Of a stretch of 64,000 nt of DNA, positions 13,889 through 25,240 are shown piece after piece; the stretch's first letter is position 1; each line of letters opens with the position of its first letter. The notes below the pieces were generated by a model that ran no database searches, was not told the DNA's origin, and saw only the letters and a program-made list of their open reading frames with translations. Made by a program: the position numbers and the translations under genes. Source of the stretch: Eledone cirrhosa (lineage: Eukaryota); the NCBI GenBank assembly GCA_964016885.1, contig OZ024740.1, positions 98,704,001-98,768,000 on the forward strand, written 5' to 3'.

Positions 13889-14295
13889 CTGATGAGAACC
13901 CCAAAAAGGGCAAAAATTGATTTAAGATATTGTTCACTTTTCAATTTGCAAGGAATTATGTCTTATATATTTTCATATATATTATGTCTTATATATTTTT
14001 CTGTCTAAATACGTTAATTTTTAAACCTGAAATATTTGTTGTTTGCAACTGAGTGCTTTACCTAAGATTGGCTAGTTTTTGCAAACAGCTTACCTTTTCT
14101 GTGGTGGAAAAAGTCTTGATGCTGGTGGTGAAGGAGGTGCTGATATTGCTTGTTACTGTTCTGACAGTCGTCTTCATTATCACATTTGCATGCATTTCAT
14201 AACTACTAGAGGTGTTATGCTGACGTTGCTGCCATGGACTGATGTTGGCAGGAATGGCTTCTTTGAGGTATATAATATTGTTTCCAGATTTTCAT
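13889..14295 (-). other. Two candidate spliced exons (14295-14094 and 14026-13889) of a pseudogene or non-coding transcript
   Basis: Acceptor tttcgcttcttcAG|14295, donor AAG|GTAAGC at 14093, 67-nt intron ending atttcAG|14026, donor CAG|GTGAGT at 13888. No fully open frame across both exons. Confidence 0.4.
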
Positions 14296-14879
14296 CTGAA
14301 GAAGCGAAACCCAAATGAAAGAGATTTTCATTTCCCTTCGTTTATATTTATCCATTGCCACACCCTTTTCTTTATGCCTGGCTATTTGTCAGCAAATATT
14401 TTTAATGGATTAAAGCAGCCATAAATATGCAATAAACAAATCTCTTTTCTCACAGTTGTTTCCAAAACAATATGCACAATAAACTGACAAACTAAGAATA
14501 GTTTTCAAAATTACAGTGAAGGAAAAATATGTAATCTGCTGCCAATTGATTACAACAACAACAATAATAATAATTGTCTCTACTTTTGGCACAATGCCAG
14601 AAATTTGAAAGAAAACGGTAAGTCAATTAAATTGATCCAATTGCATTACTGGTACTTTGTTTAATCAATTGATTAGGTGCGAGACAGTATGAGATCAGAA
14701 TAAAACAAGATGGCACGATACATAAAAAATGCCAGAGAACTGCTACTGTCGTAAATAAGGTCAGTGTTGAGGAAAATTGAAGATTACAAAGATAAAAATG
14801 AGTACAAGCATTTGAAGATGTATGAAATTGAAAATAGGTGCATAGAAAAAAAGAATGCATGGTCAATTCCATATACATA

Positions 14880-15545
14880 TGGAAGATAGGAAAGACAGAG
14901 AAAAAAGGTGGTTATTGATGGCTCAAGAGAAAGCACTAAGAATCAACAACATCCAATACAGCAGAAAAGGATAAATGCAGAATTTGTTGTGAGATTAAAG
15001 ACACTGTATGGCATATTACCAGTCAATGTACACCCGTAACTCAGAAGGAATATAAGAGGCATTACGACAATATAGCAATTATAGCCCATTGGGTACTTTT
15101 CAAAAAGTATGAACTTGACAGAGCAGAAAAGTGGTACAAATATAATCCTGATGGTGTTATGGAAATGATAAGACCTTTGTGACAGTGTGACCATGGGATC
15201 GAGAATAGGAAACCATATATTGTGACAATTAAAAAAGAAATCAAACAGATCATAGACATACAGTTGATAATAAAGTATGTGATAAAGAAGGTAAACAATA
15301 GAGGTTAAACAGCTGTGGTCACTGAAAAAGATTGAAGTAATACTAATATCAGTTGGAGCCTTAGGAACAGCAAGGCATATGAGATCTTGAGGAGTACATT
15401 ATACAAATATCAATCAGCATTGTTTGAAAGAGCTTGAATACTCCAGAGGGTGGTTAAAAAAACATGGAGTGTTGCCTCAGTTCACCATCAGTGAAGAGCT
15501 GACACTTAATACTCTGGGCAAAGAAAATATAATAATAATAAGTAA
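14880..15545 (+). mobile_element. Old R4/Dong 3' fragment
   Basis: Remnants AQEKALR, CRICCEIKDTVWHITSQC, HW.L, NRKPYIV and VGALGT, followed by an (AAT)n tail. Confidence 0.7.
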
Positions 15546-16083
15546 TGGTTTCTACTTTAGGCACAAGGGTAGCAATTTTGTAGAGGGGAAACTTTTATTA
15601 TCCTAATCCCAATAATTAAGAGGTAATTTATTTTATCAACCCTGGAAGGATGAATGGAAAAATTGAACTCAGAACATGAAGAAGAGGAAAAAATATTTCA
15701 AAGCATTTCACTTGATGCTCTAATGATTTTGCTAATCTGCCACCTTTAATAATAAAGATGATGGTGGTGGTAGTGGTGGAGGTGGTGGTGGTTCTTGTTA
15801 GAGGAAAAAAAATTGCTTTCAAAATTTGCAATAGAGTCTTATTTCAAAAGAAGACAATAAACAAGAAATACAAACTGACTGATATATTTGGCATATTTTT
15901 GTAATATATTTTGTATTTCACTTTTCTACATTCTGCCATTCTGAATCTCCAAGTTACTTTATCTCACAAAATGTTTTACTTCTGTTTGGTTAAAGAATTC
16001 TGTTTTGACCATTTCTTTATATTTTGCTTTGTTCAGTAACTGTCATCATAAAAAAAGAATATATATATACACACAAACACACT

Positions 16084-16179
<96 letters not shown>

Positions 16180-17799
16180 TTCCATGTGCTATGTGCTGTT
16201 TGTTTTGTCATTTCTGTTATTTCTGTTTAAATTTTTCATATGATTTTGCTTATATATTTTCCACATTGAAATTCTGAATCTTAATGTATTTTAGAAACCT
16301 TAACTTGAGATTCTCTATGCAATATAGAGAAAATAAATGCAGTTTTATCTTCCATGTATTTTAGATTGGTTAACATATTTATTTTTAATATTGGAAAAAA
16401 GCCAGAAACTTTTAAAGGAAATAATTTATGATATAGCTGATGGAATATTCATCCATAACCCCAATATATTAATGGTATATATTTTACTAGACCTGAAATA
16501 ATAAAAATTTAAAACCAACTCCAGTGGGATTTGAAACTAGAACAAAATGTTATCTCATAATTAACTGAATAATAAAGGAAATATTTCACTAGTTTTTCTC
16601 TTATTCCAGCAATGTTCTGAGAAGCTAACAATTTGGATCCAAATTTAATGATTTAACCATTTTATTATTATATTTCTATTGTATTACAATCAATCTTGGA
16701 AATATTGAGACTTTAGATGAATTAAATTAAATAACTAAGTTTTTATTTGCAAGCTGATTAAAACTATTAGTAATTAGAATATTATTTAAAAAACTTTCTA
16801 AAACAAAATTATGATGAAAATTTAGATATAAGGATAAACACTTTTAAATGAGCAGTTTCAGGTGGTTGGGTATCAAAATGCTTTTGAACATCATTTTTTT
16901 TTCTCAGTTTGTTGGGGTGAATGGGACACATATACCATTTCTCTGTATGTAAGGGGCAACTAAAATATTAGTACCAGGAAAGGCATCTGATTATAAAACA
17001 TTGTCTTAAAATGGATTCCGTGTTGAATATGATACCTGTCTATAACAAGGAAAATGACCTAAATATGCTTGTTGTTAGTCAAGAAGAAGGGTAGTGTTCA
17101 TGAGCATTTTCAAAGCTTCTAATTCTGGTGAAAAAAAAAGTAAAAATAAAATTATCCTCAAGGTTTAGCTGCACCAGTATCTTTTCCTGGCTAAGGAATT
17201 TGGCTTTCCCTAGGATGATGGTTTCCCAGTCTTTGTTTGTACCTGGTGTTTTATCATAAATGTATTTTTGTGGTAAATATATCAATGCCTCAGATCAATA
17301 TAATAACAAAAATAATACTATTGTTTAGTATACTTTCCACTCCACTTCAACTGACACATACTTGTTCTACAGTCAGTCTCTGGCTAAATCTTCTGCTTAT
17401 CAAGTTAGCCTCATTAATCTGCAATCTAGTTCTTCACATTTCCTACCATCATTACTAATTCTACTACCAAAGCATAAAATGAGTGGTGTCTATCAGCTCC
17501 AGCACTTTGATAACTTTCAACTCAGGTTAACCCTTTTATTACTACATTTCTCATATAATAAATTCTATTTCAATTAATTAATGAATAATTTCGAGTTATT
17601 TACTAAAAGCGTTAACTATTTTATTACTAAGATAATAAGTTAACATTGGGTTCTTATATAAAATTATGCTAGTAGATTCTAATTTAAATAGAAACCCTTT
17701 AAAAAGGGTGGTTTTATTTCATAGAACCAGAGGCAGATTTAGTTGGGTTGGAATCAGAGCTGTTAAGCCTATTGGCTTGTGTGAAAACTTGGTTTAGAA

Positions 17800-18300
17800 A
17801 AATATCCACTCTCCCACATGTTGACTTTCAAACCAATCTTTGAGGCTACATGGACAAAAACATCTACCAAACTTTGTCCGTTCTTTATACTGTAGGAGGC
17901 AAGGGCCCAATCCTCAGGAAACAACATTTCTTTTATAAACAATCCGTGGTTTTGATCTTATGTTTGAGGTGTGACACCTTAAATGGGTTAACGTCAGGTA
18001 TTGTCTGCATCTTCAGTTGAGGTGAAGAGAAGAATGCCTCCCCATACATCACTGAAAAATAAATTAGGACTAATGTTGGTGTGACCATGCTGTCTTGTGT
18101 GATTTTTATTATCATCAACAATTTTGGATTTGCCAGTGCATATAAACTTTGTTCATTTTCATAAAGCCTCTATATTGATTTGCAATTCATTCTCAAAGGG
18201 GTGTTGTAAAATTCTATATTACTCTTTCTCTCTCCCATCCCCAATATGTAATGACTATTTTGCAAAGAACTAGGTCTTAAGCATTGCAACCAATTTAAAT
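17800..18300 (-). mobile_element. Old RTE LINE RT fragment
   Basis: Remnants PTL..IYFSVM..EAF, NPFKVSHLK.K.KTT and KEMLF.ED.AL. Confidence 0.55.
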
Positions 18301-19179
18301 TATCACCTTATATCTAGATAACTTCAGAGTCACTTAAGAAGCCAGTTACTTAATTCAGGTCATGGCTAGCTTAATAATGCCACCTGTTCTGTTTATATAA
18401 TACTTTAAGTTTATTACCCTTGCCACTTTCACCAGATATGTTATTTGCAAAAATATAGCCAAATATAGGCAGTTTGTCTGGAATTTATGGAAGAAATCGA
18501 TTAAAAAATTCTGGACAATCTCTCACTAATCTTAAAATTTAACATTAGCCTAATTGGTTTCTATTTGTATAATCTTCTTATTATATATTTTGCTTCAGAT
18601 TGTAGAAGTTTGTAATGTAAGCAAAGAATATGTGTACAGCATTTTTGTATTCTGCAACAGAATCATACAATTCTTATTGGAATTTTTCCAAAATAATTTT
18701 GGAAATATTTTCCTCAAGAAATTACATTATGGTTCATAATAGAGGTTGGCTTTACAATGAATAATTGGACAAAATAAGTTACTTTCTTTGCAAGCAGTTT
18801 ACTTGAATGCAAAAATATAGAGCATAACCTATTTACTGATTGGGTCATCAAGCTGTCACTGAGGAATTTTGTCTCTAATATTTTATATTGGATAAGTCCA
18901 TCTAGAAAAGTTTAATTCTTTTCTGAAATGTACCTATGAGAAGATCTGATTACAATGTTGCTTCCCACTGAAACACTCATTTTGTTAGAAGTTACTGATA
19001 GAAAAATTTCCTTGCAGGTTTGTTAAAGTTGCTTTGTTTGCAGGTGTATACATCTTGTATCTATTTCTTCTTCAGCCTATGATTGAGCCCATTTCTTGGA
19101 GAGAAAAAATGGTTTTAAGAGGCTCCCTCACTTCTATGACATAGCTAGTTTCAGAGACTCATCAATGTGTTCTCTATTT

Positions 19180-19360
19180 AACAGCTTGACATGCTAGAAA
19201 TAACAGACACATCTCTCTATATTACATCCTAACATTGTTAAAAAGAATAGACCATTACATAATGAAATCCAAGATAAATTTTGTTTGAATAAAGATGAGA
19301 TTGAAGGCTTTAATCAAAGGACTGCTTAATCATGGCTGATCTCTGATTAATAAACAACAA
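19180..19360 (+). repeat. Dispersed SINE-tail-like repeat, family C; related copies at ~51780-51990 (-) and ~59345-59525 (+)
   Basis: Shared blocks ACATG.TAG.AATA.CAG.CAAATCTC...TAAAAA..A...ACA..ATAATG.AAT.C.AGATA and a terminal AAACAACAA. Confidence 0.5.
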
Positions 19361-21198
19361 ACTGGCCATCAGTAAAAGAGAATTTAAGTAACTTTGGATC
19401 ACATTTTCTCACAAAGAGCATTGATGTTTCTATTACTAAGCTTTAGTGTGTGTTTGATGTAAATACCATTTAAATATAGCTTTCTGCGTGGCTGGAATCA
19501 TAGGAGTATTTGTATTCTTATAAACAGCGAATTAGCTGTGAAACATGTAAAGGCAATATTTTATGATTTTCTGTGTACAAAGAGAATATCAGAATGTGTC
19601 CTCCTGTGTTTAAATTTTCACTCTGTGGTAAATAAACTGTAGTTATACCAATATAATATTTATATTAGATTTTTTAATATATGCTGCATTGTGTATACAT
19701 ATTTATTATTCACTTGTGCTCTCAATGGATGTGACTTATGCAAATCTGTCACAGTTTCTTTTTGATAAGAATAGCTTCCAAATATAGATCTCGTTGTGGC
19801 CAGAAGAATAAAGGGATTTGCCTACAGATGAGCTTCTAATTATCCATGAAACTTACAGTGGAAAACACTAATAGTTTTAATTCTTAAAAGAATATCAGAA
19901 TGCTTTTGATATTTATTCAAAATTTTAGTCAAGCTTACAAAGTGCAGTTACACTAACATAGAATTTATCTTTATTTTCTACTATAACTGTACTAGGCATA
20001 AATATATTTTCTGCAGTGAAGGTGAGAAGATACAATAATAGGATTAATGAATTCTATCAGAAGAAAATATTCAAAAACAATGAAAAAAAAAGCTATTAGC
20101 AAAGTTGGAGGAGATGGACAGAACTGACGATGAAATTTGTGATGCAGAGAAAAGCCAATAGTTTTGAAATAACATACAGAAATGAAGAAAAGCACAATCA
20201 ACATCAGAACAAATCAGAGAAGTAACAGAAGAATTGAAAGAAAAGAGAAAATAATCAAATATGATCATAACAGCCAGTATGGTAACCAATCAAGTAAAAA
20301 GACTACCGAACTGGAAATCCCTTGGACCTGTTGGGCTACAAGGATATTATCGAAACTTCTGAATAGCCTCTCATTGCTATTATACATAATTGCTCTGATA
20401 ACTATCACAATCATCTTGAGGAGAACCAAAGCCAAATATGATTTGGGAAAAGGAATATTGTACTACATGCATTTAATCCTGGAACTGACATTATCAGATT
20501 ACATAGTTTACTGAGTGCTGTTGATGATGACATCAACACTACCAATTTATAGATTATAGCGAGTGTATTTTATCATGGCAATAGCACTAGAGAGGCTGTC
20601 ATGCACTGGATAAGACTGAAGAACCCTCTCTCTATTATATTCTCAGTATTTGATTGATAAGAAATGTACAGGATGTACTGGTTTCATGATGACAACAATA
20701 AAATGGCTGTCAAGTACTTGACAAGACCATATAGTCACCTTTACACTAAATCATCTCAGTTTGTTCATCCACCACTTTACCAGGGATATTGAGGGCATTC
20801 CACCATGATACCAACAATAGAAATGTTGTCTCATCCAAGCTAAAGAGACACTACTACTCTATATAATCTCCAATCTCACATTACATTTACTATTGATATC
20901 ACAGTGTTTGTAGTTTTTTTTGTGCGTGTATGCATGTGTGTACATTTGTGCCTGTCTGTGCATATTTTCTGTTTCTTTTTGTCCAGTAATATTGCATTTC
21001 CACAAATAGAGATACATACAAGGAGTACCAAACATGAAATAAGGTGTACAAGGGTGGAGATGATCAAATGAAACCATGTTATGTTTTAATGCCAGCATGA
21101 CAACCGTCTAATGACAGAAACCAATAAAAAGAAAATACAAAAATCATATATATGAATATATTGCTAGCAAGGGAAAGAGACATTAAATTATAATAATG

Positions 21199-21200
<2 letters not shown>

Positions 21201-21277
<77 letters not shown>

Positions 21278-21283
21278 ATATAT
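21201..21283. repeat. (TA)n microsatellite
   Basis: Read directly from the sequence. Confidence 0.95.
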
Positions 21284-21431
21284 GTATCTGTGTGTCCTGA
21301 TTCAATAGGGGGTAATCACAATAAGTAAGGTACACAATATATTAGTAGAGTGTACACAATAAAATTCAATATAGAAATGGCTTCTACAGGACTAGAACTG
21401 TTTCATTTGAAGGAAATCACCAGGGGCTGTC

Positions 21432-21560
21432 CTGATGAAGGACGAGCATCCAAAACTTTAAAGCCCTCTTCCTGCTATTTCAAGTGTTAACCTAATATAT
21501 TCCTTCCATATACTATACCGATTGTGTTGTTATTTCTGTTTACTTTTTACATACATACAT
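21432..21560 (+). repeat. Short hammerhead-headed repeat, family HH; copies start at 21432, 23624, 42564 and 57717
   Basis: CTGATGA-AGGA-n6-TCC-(G/A)AAAC-GTTAAGA, then CCCTCTTCCTGCTATTTCAAG..AACCTAATATATTCC. The first two copies end at TACA/TA repeats. Confidence 0.65.
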
Positions 21561-21874
21561 ATAGATACATATATATATTTTGAAACAGTTTTAGTCCTGT
21601 AGAAGCCATTTTAATATTAAATTTTGTTATATATTAAAGCTAAATAGTGAGTCTTGTTACTCTGGATTTTCACCTGCTTCTCACAGGGTCATTAGACAGA
21701 CAATATATTGTCAGATGACTCAGGTGTCCCCAACAGAAACTCCAGAGAAACACGACTCACTACTTAGCCTTAATAAAATGAACATTTAAACTCTACTTCA
21801 GTATTTCTCTTGGCCATCAACTCAACTACATATATATATATATACTCAAACACACACACACATATACATATGTA

Positions 21875-21965
<91 letters not shown>

Positions 21966-21993
21966 AGTGTAATTTTCTACACAAAGCGAAGGT

Positions 21994-22572
21994 TATAGAG
22001 AAAATTGAGGTTGGTAATGGCACATGGAATATATAAGAGACAGAATACTTTTTTGTGAAAAAACATAATTTTATAAGGTAAGGAAATAATAAAGGGTATA
22101 AAAAATACTCCCCCCGACCGGTTTCGATGGGTCTGCAAAAGCCATCTTTTCAAATGTTGATTAATATTAAGAAAAATTAATAATACGAAGAGTTAAAATT
22201 TGAGACTTGAAAATTCAAGTATAAAATTCATTGTGGGATTTCATAGCAGTTTTCATCTTGGTAGCAACAACAGGTTGACTGCTGTGTCCCTTTCTGGTAG
22301 TGAAATCTGTCCCTTTCTGCTATGAAATCCCACAATGAATTTTATACTTGAATTTTCAAGTCTCAAATTTTAACTCTTCGTATTATTAATTTTTCTTAAT
22401 ATTAATCAACATTTGAAAAGATGGCTTTTGCAGACCCATCGAAACCGGTCGGGGGGAGTATTTTTTATACCCTTTATTATTTCCTTACCTTATAAAATTA
22501 TGTTTTTTCACAAAAAAGTATTCTGTCTCTTATATATTCCATGTGCCATTACCAACCTCAATTTTCTCTATA
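21994..22572. repeat. Perfect inverted repeat: 256-bp arms (21994-22249 / 22317-22572), 67-bp spacer, between (TA)n tracts
   Basis: The arms read as exact reverse complements. (TA)n at 21881-21961 and from 22569. Confidence 0.95.
22413..22450 (+). ncRNA. Minimal hammerhead-like motif (U3-A8 variant) in the palindrome arm; mirror copy on - at 22116-22153
   Basis: TTGAAAA-GATGG[cttttgcagac]CCATC-GAAA-CCG-GTC, with palindromic ACCGGT in place of helix III. Helix I is poor. Confidence 0.6.
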
Positions 22573-22688
22573 TATATATATATATATATATAAATTTTGA
22601 GTATATGTTGGTTGTATACCAACATCTCAGTATGCAGTTGGAGCATTCGACGAAGTGTGCAGGTTGGTTTGGTTACTCCAGAGTAATG

Positions 22689-23031
22689 TAAAATAAAATA
22701 AATAAGTCAAATGTTTAAAATTTGGCTTCGTTTATTACTGCTATATATATTTAGGTGACAGCCATCTTTGGCTGTGACCTTTTCAGGCTGTCCAAATTAG
22801 TGTGGTAGAGACGAGTACACATGCTGTTGAGGTGTATAACTTTGTGAATACTCTGATATCATATCAGAGTATTCACAAAGTTATACACCTCAACAGCATG
22901 TGTACTCGTCTCTACCACACTAATTTGGACAGCCTGAAAAGGTCACAGCCAAAGATGGCTGTCACCTAAATATATATAGCAGTAATAAACGAAGCCAAAT
23001 TTTAAACATTTGACTTATTTATTTTATTTTA
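22689..23031. repeat. Perfect palindrome: 171-bp arms, 1-nt spacer (22860), followed by (TA)n
   Basis: CTCTGATAT-C-ATATCAGAG centre; arms are exact reverse complements. Contains a degenerate hammerhead at 22934-22976: CTGAAAA-GGTcACAGCCA[aaga]TGGCTGTcACC-TAAA-TAT-ATA. Confidence 0.95.
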
Positions 23032-23036
23032 TTTTA

Positions 23037-23104
<68 letters not shown>

Positions 23105-23105
23105 A

Positions 23106-23149
<44 letters not shown>

Positions 23150-23389
23150 TAAACAGAAATACACAGATACATGCGAATACATACATATAGATACATATAC
23201 CCACATATATCCCTGAATTTGTGTGGTGCCAACCTTTACCGTTGTTGCTCTATGATTAATAGGAACAATACATTATAAAGAAAGAAGAAATATTAGACAT
23301 AAATAAAAAAAATATAATAAGTTGCCCCTCCGCCTTTCCATGATTCTCTCTCACGCCTTGCTGACGTATTTTGAAACTTTAAATGAGAT

Positions 23390-23483
23390 ATTCTCTTGAT
23401 AAGCTGGCAAACCTCACAAAAATATTGCATCTCTATGATGTAGTGTTTTTGCAAAGTAACCACGAAACTGTACAGTCAAGAAT
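23390..23483 (+). ncRNA. Type I hammerhead ribozyme candidate with extended helix II (U3-A8 core)
   Basis: Helix I ATTCT/AGAAT; core TTGATAA (23396-23402); helix II G.TGG/CCAC extended by CAAAAATATTGCATC/GATGTAGTGTTTTTG; GAAA; helix III ACTG-TA-CAGT; GUC triplet at 23475-23477. Confidence 0.7.
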
Positions 23484-23744
23484 GTAGAAGAATATTGGGT
23501 ACTAATATTTTTTTTTTATGCCTAATGTTTCTTCTTTCTTTATAATGTATTATATATATATAAACATTTTTTCCAATTCCGCCCACCTGTCCCTTCAATT
23601 TTTCTAATCTCTCATTCTTTCTTCTGATGAAGGACTAGCATCCAAAACGTTAAGACCCTCTTCCTGCTATTTCAAGCATCAACCTAATATATTCCTTTCA
23701 TATACTGTATTGATTGTGTTGTTATTTCTGTTTACCTTTTACAT

Positions 23745-23950
<206 letters not shown>

Positions 23951-23959
23951 GTGCATGTG

Positions 23960-24305
23960 TGGAGGCACATGGCTTAGTGGTTAGAGCATTGGCCTTGCAA
24001 TCGAAAGGTTGTGAGTTCAATTCTCAGACAGTGTAATGTGTTGTTTCCTTGAGCAAGACACTTTATTTCACATTGCTCCAGTTTACTCAGCTGTAGAAAT
24101 GAGATGATAGGGACTGGAGTCCCTATCATTCCACTGCAAAGTGGTCGTGGAGGTGCCACAGCAAAAAAGCACCCAGCAGTCACTGTAAATGAGGTTGGTG
24201 TTAGGAAGGGCATCCAGCTGTAGAAATCAAGCCAGAATCAGTTCCCGTCCCACCCTTGCAAGCAGGGAAAAGCGGACGTAAAAATGAAATGATGAATGAT
24301 GAATG
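23960..24305 (+). mobile_element. tRNA-derived CORE-like SINE, family B, with RTE-type 3' tail
   Basis: A-box TGGCTTAGTGG, B-box GAGTTCAATTC, CORE-like CCTTGAGCAAGACACTT, TAGGAAGGGCATCCAGCTGTAGAAA, and 3' CCCACCCTTGCAAGCAGGGAAAAGCGGACGTAAAA-(TGA)n. Second copy at 50390-50785. Confidence 0.88.
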
Positions 24306-24369
24306 ATATATATATATATATATACATTTATGTGTGTGTGTGTATATGCATATATATTTCTCTCTCTCA

Positions 24370-24400
<31 letters not shown>

Positions 24401-24804
24401 CATTGGAGGTTAATGTATTTGCATTTTATTACAATCTCAGATTGATTTTCACTTAATCATGAGCAACCTGATATTTTTTTCCCTCTTCTCTATTTTGCTC
24501 TTTTTTACCCATTGACAAAGGTTCTCCATTATATTTATATAACAAACATTTCATTAATTTGTTATGTACTTAACAACATATCAGTTTTCGATTGTCTGAT
24601 TAATTTCATTCATTATCCTGATATTAAAGTATACACTAAATGTTTATTTTATTCATCTAATCCCACTTGTTAAAGGTTGTTGCTGTATTTGTTGTCACAT
24701 ATTGTGGCCGGACTGAAATGTCTTAGATTTTTTTTCTCCTACTTTTCCTTATCTTTCTTTCTCATTTTCATCTTTATTTTCATTATATCCTTCTATTATT
24801 TCTA

Positions 24805-24991
24805 GGGCGTTGGATTGGCAGTATCGGTAGAGGGTCGGACACCATGCTTTCCAGCATAGTTACATCTCTTTACGATCTGAGTTCAAATCCCGCCGAGGTT
24901 GACTTTGCCTTTCATCATTACGGGGTCGATAAAATAAAGTACCAGTAATGCACTGGGTGAATTTGCTGGCTTTGTGCCTAATGTAGAACCA
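24805..24991 (+). mobile_element. SINE family A with 10-bp TSD
   Basis: Consensus match. ATTATTTCTA at 24795-24804 and 24992-25001. Confidence 0.9.
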
Positions 24992-25084
24992 ATTATTTCT
25001 ATTATTCAAATACTCTCACAATTTCATATAATTCTTCGATCCTACTTTCACCACTCCACTTAAATGTATACATTCTCATATAAA

Positions 25085-25240
25085 TCTTCTTCTTCTTCTT
25101 CTTCTTCTTCTTCTTCTTCTTCTTCTTCTTCTTCTTCTTCTTCTTCTTCTCCTCCTCCTCCTCCTCCTCCTTCTTCTCCTCCTCCTATTTCTTCTTCTTC
25201 TTCTCCTCCTATTTCTTCTTCTTCTTCTTCTTCTTCTTTT
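25085..25240. repeat. (CTT)n/(CCT)n trinucleotide tract
   Basis: Read directly from the sequence. Confidence 0.95.

Noticed and set aside
13889-13920. CTGATGA...CCC/GGG...AAAA as a hammerhead
   Set aside because: It lacks GAAA and a cleavage triplet, and is better explained as the minus-strand exon end and donor site.
21994-23031. Palindromes as classical MITE/Foldback DNA transposons, or as a CRISPR-like array
   Set aside because: There is no repeat-spacer periodicity. Ends are asymmetric relative to the TA tracts, no TIR family is shared between modules, and the internal hammerhead motifs favour a PLE origin. A TA-targeting MITE origin is not fully excluded.
23960-24035. tRNA gene (also the heads of family A SINEs)
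   Set aside because: A and B boxes are present, but there is no closed cloverleaf or acceptor stem, and it continues into a SINE body found in multiple copies.
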